Positions 1-12,159 of a stretch of 64,000 bases of DNA are shown here, piece by piece. Position 1 is the stretch's first letter; each line of letters begins with the position of its first letter. Source of the DNA: Eledone cirrhosa (taxonomy: Eukaryota); contig OZ024760.1 in assembly GCA_964016885.1 (NCBI GenBank), positions 31,620,001 to 31,684,000 on the forward strand. Reading direction: 5' to 3'. The position numbers and the translations under genes were made by a program. The notes beneath the pieces were generated by a model that saw only the letters and a list, made by a program, of their open reading frames with translations, was not told the DNA's origin and did no database searches.

Positions 1-27
1 ACCCATAATTTTGATTATCTTAATTTT

Positions 28-83
<56 letters not shown>

Positions 84-144
84 GTGAGGTTTTTTTTACA
101 AAATGAAAAATAACCGAGGTGTCCTACACAAGTGAAAGTATAAT

Positions 145-406
145 GAAAAAGAGATGAAATCGAAAATGCAACTGGAGTCTTATTTTTTTAAAACATATAT
201 ATATTTATTTGGTTCCTTGACCGGTGAGTTGAGATGGAGGGTCTGTGGTTTTTCTCACAGATGGGAGAAAAACCACAGACCCTCCATCTCAACTCACCTT
301 TTGAAAAGCAGAAGAACTGCGAAACCGGTAAAGGAACCAAATAAATATATATATGTTTTAAAAAAAAATAAGACTCCAGTTGCATTTTTGATTTCATCTC
401 TTTTTC
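145..406. repeat. Foldback (long inverted repeat) element, probably Penelope-derived, between TA tracts
   Basis: Outer arms about 145-225 and 324-406 are reverse complements. Inner perfect 34-bp stem 223-256/265-298 with an 8-nt loop. Confidence 0.85.
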
Positions 407-423
407 TTTATATATATATATTC

Positions 424-517
424 CATTTGTGATAACATTTTACACGTTTTTATTGTATGTAAACTTCCCCCTTTGTATTTGTCCCCTTCTTTTGTGCCCC
501 TGTGGCTAATAAAGAAA
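424..517 (+). mobile_element. Tx1/L1-clade LINE 3' terminal fragment (subfamily B)
   Basis: Near identical to 54720-54813; ends in AATAAAGAAA. Confidence 0.85.
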
Positions 518-536
518 TACACACACACGCACACGC

Positions 537-597
<61 letters not shown>

Positions 598-691
598 GAT
601 AGATATATATATATATACAGATATATATATATATATACAGATATATATATATATATATATATACAGATATATATATATATATATATCTGGG

Positions 692-756
<65 letters not shown>

Positions 757-787
757 GGGTCTGTATATATATATATATATATATATA

Positions 788-848
<61 letters not shown>

Positions 849-876
849 GTATATATATATATATATATATATATAC

Positions 877-917
<41 letters not shown>

Positions 918-920
918 CCC

Positions 921-959
<39 letters not shown>

Positions 960-996
960 GATATAAATATACAGATATATACACATACATACACAC

Positions 997-1045
<49 letters not shown>

Positions 1046-1070
1046 TATATATATACACATACATACACAC

Positions 1071-1131
<61 letters not shown>

Positions 1132-1138
1132 CACATAG

Positions 1139-1184
<46 letters not shown>
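518..1184. repeat. (CA)n/(TA)n compound microsatellite
   Basis: Direct inspection. Confidence 0.95.
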
Positions 1185-1189
<5 letters not shown>

Positions 1190-1375
1190 GGGAAAAGTGG
1201 TAAGGAACCAGGTGGACCATAACGCACCAAAGTACTCAATACTTAGGGTAGTAGAGTGGGAAATAGGAGTAAGACCCCGACGGCTGAGCTCAAGCCATTT
1301 CGATGGTACAGAATTCGACAGTACAGAATTAGCCGTCGAAACGGCTTGAGCTCAGCCGTCGGGGTCTTACTTACT

Positions 1376-1380
<5 letters not shown>
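1185..1380. mobile_element. Foldback element copy 1 (shared leader GTGGTAAGGAACCAGGTGGACCATAACGCACC... plus terminal hairpin)
   Basis: Hairpin arms about 1263-1307 and 1332-1380; homologous copies at 3636, 59371 and 60862; flanked by (TA)n. Confidence 0.75.
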
Positions 1381-1417
<37 letters not shown>

Positions 1418-1659
1418 CACACACACAGGTATATCTACACACAAGTATACACCTACTCATACACATGTAGACATGCACATACACACACACACACATATAA
1501 ACAGGCACACCCATACACACACATAACCTCCTTAGTGTTGGTGGAGTATATGATAGATACACCCAGTACACTCTGTAAAGTGGTTGGAAGTATATCCAAC
1601 TGTTGACATAGGATCAGGTCTCCTCAGTGTTGGTACCTCAATAAGATATATGTGAGGGG

Positions 1660-3096
1660 CAGTCTCCTTGCCTGTGGGAGAGGTCAGTCCCCTAGCCTGT
1701 GGGAGAGGTCAGTCTCTCAGCCTGTGGGAGAGGTCAGTCCCTCAGCCTGTGGGAGAGGTCAGTCCCTTAGCCTGTGGGCGAGGTCAGTCCCTTAGCCTAT
1801 GGGAGAGGTCAGTCTCCCAGCCTGTGGGAGAGGTCAGTCCCCTAGCCTGTGGAAGAGGTCAGTCTCTCAGCCTGTGGGAGAGGTCAGTCTCTCAGCCTGT
1901 GGGAGAGGTCAGTCCCTCAGCCTGTGGGAGAGGTCAGTCCCTTAGCCTGTGGGAGAGGTCAGTCCCTTAGCCTATGGGAGAGGTCAGTCTCCCAGCCTGT
2001 GGGAGAGGTCAGTCCCCTAGCCTGTGGGAGAGGTCAGTCTCTTAGCCTGTGGGAGAGGTCAGTCTCTTAGCCTGTGGGAGAGGTCAGTCCCCTAGCCTGT
2101 GGGAGAGGTCAGTCCCCTAGCCTGTGGGAGAGGTCAGTCTCTTAGCCTGTGGGAGAGGTCAGTCTCTTAGCCTGTGGGAGAGGTCAGTCCCCTAGCCTGT
2201 GGGAGAGGTCAGTCTCTTAGCCTGTGGGAGAGGTCAGTCTCTTAGCCTGTGGGAGAGGTCAGTCCCCTAGCCTGTGGGAGAGGTCAGTCCTCCTGGCCTG
2301 TGGAAGAGGTCAGTCTCTCAGCCTGTTGGAGAAGTCAGTCCCCTAGCCTGTGATAGAGGTGTAGTCTTTCAGCCTGTGGAAGAGGTCAGTCCCCTAGCCT
2401 GTGGGAGAGGTCAGTCCCCTAGCCTGTGGAAGAGGTCAGTCTCTCAGCCTGTTGGAGAAGTCAGTCCCCTAGCCTGTGATAGAGGTGTAGTCTCTCAGCG
2501 TGTGGAAGAGGTCAGTCCCCTAGCCTGTGGGAGAGGTCAGTCCCCTAGCCTGTGGGAGAGGTCAGTCCCCTAGCCTGTGGGAGTGGTTAGTCTCTCAGTC
2601 TGTGGGAGAGATCAGTCTCTCAGCCTGTGGGAGAGGTCAGTCTCTGTGGGAGAGGTCAGTCTCTGTCTGTGGGAGAGGTGTAGTCTCTCAGCCTGTGGAA
2701 GAGGTCAGTCCCCTAGCCTGTGGGAGAGGTCAGTCTCTCAGCCTGTGGGAGAGGTCAATCTCTCAGCCTGTGGGAGAGGTCAATCTCTCAGCCTGTGGGA
2801 GAGGTCAGTCCCCTAGCCTGTGGGAGAGGTCAGTCACTCCAGCCTGTGGGAGAGGTCAATCTCTCAGCCTGTGGGAGAGGTCAGTCCCCTAGCCTGTGGA
2901 AGAGGTCAGTCTCTCAGCCTGTTGGAGAAGTCAGTCCCCTAGCCTGTGATAGAGGTGTAGTCTCTCAGCGTGTGGAAGAGGTCAGTCCCCTAGCCTGTGG
3001 GAGAGGTCAGTCCCTTAGCCTGTGGGAGAGGTCAGTCCCTTAGCCTGTGGGAGAGGTCAGTCCCCTAGCCTGTGGGAGAGGTCAGTCACTCCAGCC
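1660..3096 (+). repeat. 25-bp minisatellite (GCCTGTGGGAGAGGTCAGTCYCYYA)n, about 55 copies
   Basis: Visible 25-bp periodicity with variant blocks. Confidence 0.95.
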
Positions 3097-3449
3097 AAGT
3101 AGTGAATCAATCGGTGATGACCTGTCCATCCCTTGCTAACACGGAAGATGGTTGATGATGATAATGTGTATGATGTCAATGATGATGATGATTCTAACAT
3201 CCTGGACTCCATCTGACAGGCAATGACTAATCAATGTTACAACCACTGACTCATTCATTAATGTCTCCTCTCACTGTCTCCTACTGCTACTACAACAGCT
3301 CCTGCTCTTCTTATCTGACTAACCAGTTAACATTTGACAAGAGGGTAATAACCCTGAAATATGTTGAAATATACTGGCTAAACATTACTTGTACTGGCTG
3401 TTTGAAACTTGTCAGGCTTTATAATATATATATATACACACACACATAT

Positions 3450-3617
3450 GTAAATGTGGTTGGTGTTAGGAAGGGCATCCAGTCGTAGAAAATCTGCCAG
3501 AGACAGTTCTGTACAAGCAAGACACAGTCACCCAACCAATCCCACATCAAAACAGGAACAAAACTGTCTAACCCATACTAGCGTGGAAGATGGACGTTAA
3601 ATGATGATGATGATGAT
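3450..3617 (+). mobile_element. SINE/RTE 3' tail fragment ending in (GAT)n
   Basis: Matches the RTE 3' end 10245-10402 (gtggttggtgttaggaagggcatccag...aacccat..tagcgtggaagatggacgttaaatgatgat). Confidence 0.75.
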
Positions 3618-3635
3618 ATATATGACAAAGAGGGT

Positions 3636-3760
3636 GTGGTAAGATACCAGGTGGACCATAATGCACCAGAGTACTCAATACTTAGGGTGATAGAGTGGGT
3701 AATAGGAAAAGCGTCGAGACCCCGACAGCTGAGCTCCAGCCGTTTCGACAGCTATATCTG
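3636..3760. mobile_element. Foldback element copy 2 (leader plus one arm only)
   Basis: Homologous to 1197-1307. Confidence 0.7.
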
Positions 3761-3912
3761 ACAGGACCAGCTGGTGGGAGTCTGAAGACCAGGTCAGAAA
3801 TATTGCAGTTTTTAAGTGGCTCAAATGAACTCTTACCACATAATTGGTTTAGTTTCAACATATTGTGATCTCAGTTCTAGTCACCAGGCAAATACAATGA
3901 GTGTGTGTGTGT

Positions 3913-5312
3913 GGTGGGGGGTGATTATGGTGGTTGTAGTGGTGGTGGTGGTAGTAGTGGGGATAGTGGTGGTGGTGGTGGCGGTGATAGTGGTGGTAGT
4001 GGTAGTGATAATGGTGGTTGTAGTAGTGATAATGGTGGTTGTAGTAGTGGTGGTGGTGGTAGTAGTGGTGATAGTGGTGGTAGTAGTGGTAGTGGTAGTG
4101 ATAATGGTGGTTGTAGTGGTGGTGATAATGGTGATTGTAGTGGTGTTGTGGTGGTTGGGGTTGTAGTAGTGTTGGTGGTGATGATAATGGTGGTGGTGGT
4201 GTAATGGTGGTTGTGGTTGTAGTAGTGTTGGTGGTGTAATGGTGGTTGTGGTTGTAGTAGTGTTGGTGGTGTAGTGGTGGTGGTGGTGGTGTGTAGTAGT
4301 GGTGGTGGTGGCGGTTGTAGTAATGGTGGTGGTGTAGTAGTGGTAGTGGTGGTTGTGGTGGTAGTAGTGGTGGTGGTGTTGTGGTTGTAGTAGTGGTGGT
4401 GGTGGTGTAGTGGTGGTTGTAGTAGTGGTGGTGGTGATAATGGTGGTAGTGGTGGTTGTTGTAGTAGTGGTGGTGGTGGTGTAGTGGTGCTTGTGGTTGT
4501 AGTAGTGGTGGTGGTGGTTGTGGTTGTAGTAGTGGTGATAATGGTAGTAGTGGTGGTTGTGGTTGTAGTAATGGTGGTGGTGGTGTAGTGGTTGTGGTTG
4601 TAGTAGTGGTGGTGGTTATGTAGTGGTGGTTGTGGTTGTAGTAGTGGTGGTGGCTGTAGTGGTGGTAGTGGTAGTTGTGGTTGTAGTTGTAGTAGTGGTG
4701 GTTATGGTAGTGTGGTAGTGGTGTAGTGGTGGTTGTGGTTGTAGTAGTAGTGGTGGTGATAGTGGTGGTTGTGGTGGTTGTGGTAGTGTAGTGGGGGTTG
4801 TGGTAGTGTAGTGGGGGTTGTGGTAGTAGTGGTGGTTGTGGTAGTAGTAGTGGTGGTTGTAGTAGTAGTAGTGGTGGTGGTGGTGTAGTGGTGGTTGTGG
4901 TAGTAGTAGTGGTGGTGGTTGTAGTAGTGGTGTAGTGGTGGTGGTGGTTGTGGTACTAGTGGTGGTGGTGGTTGTGGTAGTAGTAGTGGTGGTGTGGTGG
5001 TGTAGTGGTGGTTGTGGTAGTAGTGGTGGTGTGGTGGTGGTTGTAGTAGTAGTGGTGGTGTGGTGGTGGTTGTAGTAGTGGTGGTGGTGTAGTTGTGGTT
5101 GTAGTAGTGGTGGTTGTAGTAGTGGTGGTGTGGTTGTGGTAGTGGTGGTGGTGGTGTGGTTGTGGTTGTAGTAGTGGTTGTGGTAGTAGTGGTGGTGGTG
5201 TAGTGGTGGTTGTAGTAGTGGTGGTGGTGTGGTGGTGTGGTGGTGGTTGTGGTAGTGGTGGTGTAGTGGTGGTTGTGGTTGTAGTAGTGGTGGTGGTGTA
5301 GTGGTGGTTGTG
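3913..5312 (+). repeat. Degenerate (GGT/AGT/TGT)n trinucleotide tract
   Basis: Direct inspection. Confidence 0.95.
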
Positions 5313-5336
5313 AGTTTAAATTTCAGTGTTACAGCT

Positions 5337-5520
5337 GAATAATTGTTTCTACTTTAGGCACAAGGCCAGCAATTACCCATTACATTACTGGTACTTTATT
5401 TTATCGACCCCGTAAGGATGAAAGGCAAAGTTAACCTCGGTGGGATTTGAACTCAGACTGTAAAGGGACGTAACTATGCTAGAAAGCATGGCGTCTGACG
5501 CTCTAACGACTCTACCACCC
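5337..5520 (-). mobile_element. tRNA-derived SINE with Meta-like central domain
   Basis: Reverse strand has B-box GAGTTCAAATCC followed by gaggttaactttgcctttcatcc..ggggtcgataaaataaagtaccag; copies at 5661, 12487 and 61351. Superfamily assigned from recall only. Confidence 0.7.
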
Positions 5521-5660
5521 TTTATACACATGCACATATGTGTGTGTGTATATATATTGTGTGTGATTGTGTGGGTGACTGTGTGTGTGTGTGAGACTGT
5601 GTGTGTGACTGTGTACATGATGATAGCCTTCATTAGATCATAAAGGGACGTAACTATGCT

Positions 5661-5822
5661 GGACGCCATGCTTTCCAGCATAGTTAGGTCCCTTTACGAT
5701 TTGAGGAGTTCAAATCCCGCCGAGGTTGACTTTGTCTTTCATCCTTATGGGGTCGCTAAAATAAAGTACCAGTAATGCACTGGGTAATTGCTGGCCTTGT
5801 GCCTAAAGTAGAAACAATTATT
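5661..5822 (+). mobile_element. Same SINE family, inverted relative to 5337-5520
   Basis: Reverse complement match. Confidence 0.75.
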
Positions 5823-5838
5823 CAGCTGTAACACCCTT

Positions 5839-5881
<43 letters not shown>

Positions 5882-6049
5882 GTATACACACACAAACATA
5901 TATGTATACACACAAACATATATATATACATATATACACATACACATATATGTATACACACACACACACATATATACACACACACACACATATATATATT
6001 TATATACACACACACACACACACATATATACACAATATATATACACACA

Positions 6050-6681
6050 GAATTTGTCAAATCTTATTAATGGTCACACTTCGTTCTCCTGTGAAAAAAT
6101 GTAATGTAGAATGCCATTTTCTTTCGTTCTCTCCATATCCCGGTCCATCTCAATGCTATTCTATAATTCTGTCAGGTTGTATTAAATATTATTCGATTAT
6201 TACTGTTATATGCTTGTCCAATTATGCCCAAATTTCGAGGATTTTATTTAAACCTCGTTTGTTTTTCTAAAATAACAATCTCGCGGTTTAATTTTGGCCG
6301 AAAATCCTAGGGTTTATAAAATGGCCTCCTTGCCCCTCCTAATCTTTACTTACCCCCCCCCCCCTCCCTTCTCTCACCAAATATAAAATAAACCTGTTAC
6401 AAGGTACGAATCTTCGAATTTGTCAAATCTTATTAATGGTCACACTGTTCGTTCTCCTGTGAAAAAATTTTCATGTAGAATGCCATTTTCTTTCGTTCTC
6501 TCCATTTCCCGGCCCATCTCAATGCTATTCTATAATTCTGTCAGGTTGTTCTAAATATTATTCGCTTATTACTGTTATATGCTATTCTATAATTCTGTCA
6601 GGTTGTACTAAATATTATTCGATTATTACTATTTTATGCTTGTCCAATTATGCCCAAATTTCGAGGATTTTATTTAAACCT
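6050..6681. repeat. Direct duplication of about 205 bp (6050-6255, 6416-6681), second copy with an internal about 57-bp duplication
   Basis: Direct sequence comparison. Confidence 0.85.
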
Positions 6682-6754
6682 TCTTGCTAACTACCCCATA
6701 CCACTCCCACCCGCCCCCACTCACCACCATTATTATTATTTTGACCTTTCGATA

Positions 6755-9700
6755 TGATGGATGGACTAGGAAATTCTGGAGAGTCTGAAAAAAAAAATCT
6801 GGACACTGAGTGACAATGCCAAAGATAAAGACAAATTCACCTCATGCTGCCGAACGAAAAAGCAAGGACTCCTCCTTTTTGTTTCGGCCTCACCCCTCCC
6901 CGTGTCCCACCGTTCCGCATCACCCCTCCGTTCCGCCTCGCCCCACCGTTCCGCCTCACCCCTCCCCGTGCCCCACCGTTCCCACCCACCAAACGCAATC
7001 CAAAACTTCAGAGTTGGTACCATGAATGTAGGCACCTTAAAGGGTCGCTCTAACGAGGTTGTAGAAATGCTTGAACGTAAGGAGGTCGATGTTTGTTGTA
7101 TTCAAGAGACCAGGTGGAGGGGAGGGTCGGCTAGATTCATCGTGGGTAAAGAACGATGCTATAAGCTTTTCTGGGTGGGAAATGACAATGGGTTGGGTGG
7201 GGTAGGAATCATGGTAGCAGAAAAGTGGGCAGATAAGATAATAGACGTAAATAGAGTGAACGACAGAATAATTAAAATAAGACTTGTCCTAAATAGAACT
7301 ACTGTGACAGTAATATCTGCGTACGCACTCCAATCCGGACTGCCTGGCGTTATAAAAGACAGATTCTATGAGACATTGATGCTCACGACCTCCCAAATAA
7401 CCGAGAGTGACTACATAATTATTGCTGGTGACCTAAATGGTCACGTTGGACAACATTGTGATGGCTATGACAGAATCCATGGAGGCTATGGGTTTGGTAG
7501 TAGAAATGAGGAAGGCGCCAGAATCCTGGAATTCTGTGACGCAAATAACCTAACTGTCTGTAACACTAACTTAAAAAAACGAGACAATCACTTGATCACA
7601 TAGATCAGGGAAACACGCCAGTCAGATAGATTATATCCTTACCAGAAGACGTGATAGAGTGTCTGTTGTAAACACTAAATCCCTCCCCCATGAAGAATGC
7701 ACCTCCCAACATAGACTCATAGTCAGCGACTTCGTAGTCAGGACAAGATGTACTCGACAACAGAGGAGGACTATCCTCAGGAGAAAAATATGGAAGCTAA
7801 AGGACCCCACAGCCAGTAATAAATTTAAAAGCATATTACTTGATGCTTTTGACAGTAAGGAAGAGCAATTAGAGTCGTACAATATAGAGGAACAGTGGGA
7901 ATTCCTGAAAGCTAATCTGCTGAAGGCGGCAGATGACGTCTGTGGCTGGAGCAGGTAAAGAGTAACGTGGTGGTGGAACAGTAAGGTGGAGGAGTCAATT
8001 AAGGCCAAAAAGCAGGCTTGGAAAGTATGGCGGGATGGGGGAAGTAGAGAAGACTATCAAGTGGCCAGGAGGGAAGCTAGGAGACGAGTGTACGTCGCAA
8101 GAAGGGAAGCAGAGGAAAGAAAGTTCAAGCCTGTTCTACAACGCGAGGACCAAAAACGTGAGGTGTTCAGGATTGCTAGGCAATGTGTCAAGGAAAACCG
8201 TGATATTGTCGGGGAGAAGTGTGTACTTAACGATGATGGCATACTTGCCATCACTGACGCTGATAAGAAGGTAGCCTGGAAGTGTTACTACGAAAGGCTA
8301 CTAAATGAGGAGAATAAATCGGAGAAAGACAGTCTCCCCCACATCAATCCAATAGAGGGACCAGCAGTGCTAGTTGAAGGTAGTATAATAAGTAAGGCAA
8401 TCAAAGATATGAAGACGGGTAAGGCGGCTGGGCCTTCGGAAATAGTTGCTGAAATGCTGAAAGCATCTGGAATGGTGGGACACACTATGGTCACCCCGGT
8501 AGTAAACCAAGTCAAACAGAATGGGGTCGTTCCGAAGGACTGGCGTAGCAGCATCATCATTAACTGCTACAAGGGTAAAGGAGATGCCCTAGATAGGGGT
8601 AACTATAGAGGCATTAAATTAATCAACCAGGTCATGAAGGTCACTGAAAAAGTAATAGCGCAACTAATCAGAGAGCGAATTGATCTAGATGAAATGCAGT
8701 TCGGGTTTGTGTCAGGTAAATGTACCACAGACGCTCTTTTCATTGTACGACAACTACAGAAGTACCTAGCTAAAAGTAAACCCCTATACTTAGCTTTTGT
8801 CGACTTGGAGAAAGCCTTCGACAGAGTCCCCCGCTCCATTCTCTGGTGGACTCTTAGAAAACTAGGTGTTGATGAATGGCTTGTGAGAGCTATACAAGCC
8901 ATGTATAAAGAAACAGTCAGCAAGGTTAGAATTAACACCGAATATAGTGAAGAGTTTAGCATAAAGGTTGGTGTTCATCAGGGCTCCGTCCTTAGCCCCC
9001 TCCTATTTATTATTGCCCTTCAGGCTATAACAGGAGTTCAAGACCAGCTGCGCATGGGAACTCCTATACGCAGATGATCTAACGCTCATAGCTGAATCAA
9101 TGGCCGAACTAGAGAAGAAATTCCAAATATGGAAGCATGGCCTAGAATCAAAAGGCCTTAAAATTAACCTAAGACTAAAGTTCTAGTTTGTAGGAAGGAA
9201 AATAGGGCACCAGTCCCATCTGGGAAATGGCCATGCTCAGTGTGTAGGAAAGGAGTAGGCAGAAACTCCATTTTATGTCCCAAATGCAAAGTATGGGTGC
9301 ATAAAAGATGTAGTGGGATCACAGGTATGCTAACTAAGAATATAGATTTTATATGTGGCCGGTGCTCTGGTGCAATAAGTAGCAGCAAGTGCCCACAGAA
9401 TACTAGCTCATTCCATTGCACAGATGGTTCTATAGAAATAGTGGACACCTTCCGTTACCTGGGTGACAAAATCAGCAGTGGTGGAGGGTGCTCCGAAAGT
9501 ACAGTAGCTAGAGTCCGAACGGGATGGAAAAAGTTCAGAGAGCTTATACCACTATTGGCCGCTAAAGGGTTCTCACTAAAAATGAAAGGCAGGCTGTATG
9601 ATGCCTGCATACGAACAGCAATGTTGCCTGGCAGTGAGACCTGGGCATTGTGTGCAGAGGATATACGCAGACTGGAGAGGAACGAAGCATGCATGCTCCG

Positions 9701-10402
9701 CTGGATCTGTAATAGTAATATATGTGAACGGCAAAGCATAAACGAACTAAGGGAGAAATTAGGAATAAGAGGGATCAGATGCTGTTTACTCGAGAGAAGA
9801 CTACGTTGGTACGGTCACGTGATGCGCATGAAAGACGACAACTGTATAAAAAAGTGCAGGGTGATAAAAATAGACGGTAGCCACGGAGTAGGCAGACCCA
9901 GAAAAACCTGGGACGACTTGCTAAATTCCGACCTCACACACTGTCACATCTCCAAGACAATGTCACTGGACCAAGATCTTTAGCGATACACAGTAATACA
10001 GAAGACCCGCCTTGCCTAAGTACAAAGCGAAACCTACAGTTAGTAGGCACCTCTAACAAAAAAGCACCCCGCCCCACTACCCTCACCCCATCCACACCAC
10101 CCCTTCCAATGTAAAGTTATGTTGGTACCACAGCATCCAGTCCGAAACAAATGAGGGCATGTAGGTGTCACGACAAAAATACACACAGTCCACGATGTAA
10201 TGTGGCCGTGTAGGTAACATGGTAAAAACCTCCCAGTCCACACTGTAAACGTGGTTGGTGTTAGGAAGGGCATCCAGCCATAGAAAACCCGCCAGACAGT
10301 CCTATACGAGCAAGACAACCAATCTTGCCTCAAGTGGGAAAATTCCCGTCCAAACCCATGCTAGCGTGGAAGATAGACATTAAACGATGATGATGATGAT
10401 GA
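6755..10402 (+). mobile_element. Near full-length decayed RTE-clade LINE: APE endonuclease, RT (YADD 9067-9078), PHD-like finger, (GAT)n tail
   Basis: ORF fragments 6902-7603 (GTMNVGTL, IQETRW, GDLNGHVG), 7986-9077 ([28 protein letters not shown]), 9240-9983 ([17 protein letters not shown]). Several stops and frameshifts; 5' boundary approximate. Confidence 0.92.
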
Positions 10403-10552
10403 CACACATATGTGTATGAGAGAGTGGGCTGAAAAGTACCTTGGCTGACCTTGGCAGCTAGAGCTGTGAAAGTGGATGGGGGTCTTGCAGGAATGGGGAG
10501 CATATATGACGAAGACTGTAGAGTGGTGTGTGTGTGTGATAGTGTGTGTGTG

Positions 10553-10589
<37 letters not shown>

Positions 10590-10699
10590 CAGTGTGTATG
10601 ACTGTGTGACTGTGTGTGTGTGACAGAAAAGGTAAAAACAAATATGTATATATATTATATATATACACACAAAAAAAATGTATACACAAATTTATGCAT

Positions 10700-10824
10700 T
10701 CTAATAAATATTGTATATACATTTTTTGGGACATCCTGTATATATATATATATGTATATATGTGTGTATATATATATATGTGTGTGTGTATATATATATA
10801 TGTGTGTGTGTATATATATATATA

Positions 10825-10867
<43 letters not shown>

Positions 10868-11242
10868 ATATATATATGTGTATATATATATATGTGTGTA
10901 TGTGTGTGTGTGTATATATGTGTGTGTATATATATATATATGTGTGTATATGTGTGTGTATATATATATATATGTGTATATATATATATATATGTGTATA
11001 TATATATATATGTGTATATATATATATGTGTGTGTATATATATATATATATGTGTGTGTATATATATATATATGTGTGTATATATATATGTGTGTGTGTA
11101 TATATATATGTGTGTCTGTATATATATGTGTGTGTATGTATATGTGTGTGTATATATATATATATATATGTGTGTGTGTATATATATGTGTGTATATGTG
11201 TGTGCATATATACATATGTGTTTGTATATATTTATATATATA

Positions 11243-11329
<87 letters not shown>

Positions 11330-11416
11330 ATATATATGTGTGTGTGTGTATATATGTGTGTGTGTGTGTGTGTATATATATGTGTGTGTGTGTGTATATA
11401 TATGTGTGTGTGTGTG

Positions 11417-11489
<73 letters not shown>

Positions 11490-11640
11490 GTGTGTGTGTA
11501 TATATATATTTGTGTGTGTGTATATATATATTTATGTGTGTATATATATATATTTATATGTGTGTGTATATATATATATATGTGTGTATATATATGTTTG
11601 TGTGTGTATATATATATGTGTATATATATATATGTATGCA
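10700..11640. repeat. (TA)n/(TG)n compound microsatellite
   Basis: Direct inspection. Confidence 0.95.
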
Positions 11641-12159
11641 ATGGCCATACTCGATAATGAGGGGGCAGCCATCATGTATGAATGTAATTGACTGCCAAGA
11701 TGTGAGAGCTCACTCACCAAACTGGACCAAGGACACAATGTTTCCATTGCTTCTATCTACCAGTCGTAACTCCATCCAAATTGTTGGTTATTTTCAAAAT
11801 GATTTGAATATAATCAACAGGAATATGTTAATGAAAGGTTTAAAGAGCTGCGAGTGTTGAATGTTTTCATCTCCAGTCCTTTCAGATGTTTGAATAATGT
11901 AGGAATAATAACCCATAAATAGGGCTCTTGTACTATATGAATAGGGTCCTGAACTGATGAATCAAAGCCCTAAGGTTTTCAACCTCAGTTTTCAGCATAT
12001 ACACTTTTCCGTGTTCCGGCCAACTGGATGAGGCCATGCTGGGGCACCACCATATAACAACTTGCTACTTCGTTCGTCTCTGAGTCAAAAACATAAACAC
12101 TTTTTTCTTTGCTTGTTTCCTTAAAGTTTACCATCATTCCGTTGGTATACATCTATTAC

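Noticed and set aside
394-1239. YI/CV/HT-repeat ORFs here and at 5818-6270, 10614-11860 and 61453-63457
   Set aside because: Translations of TA/CA/TG microsatellites; no coding signal.
10415-10450. Mariner-like terminal inverted repeat remnant
   Set aside because: Resemblance from recall only; no partner TIR or transposase sequence seen.
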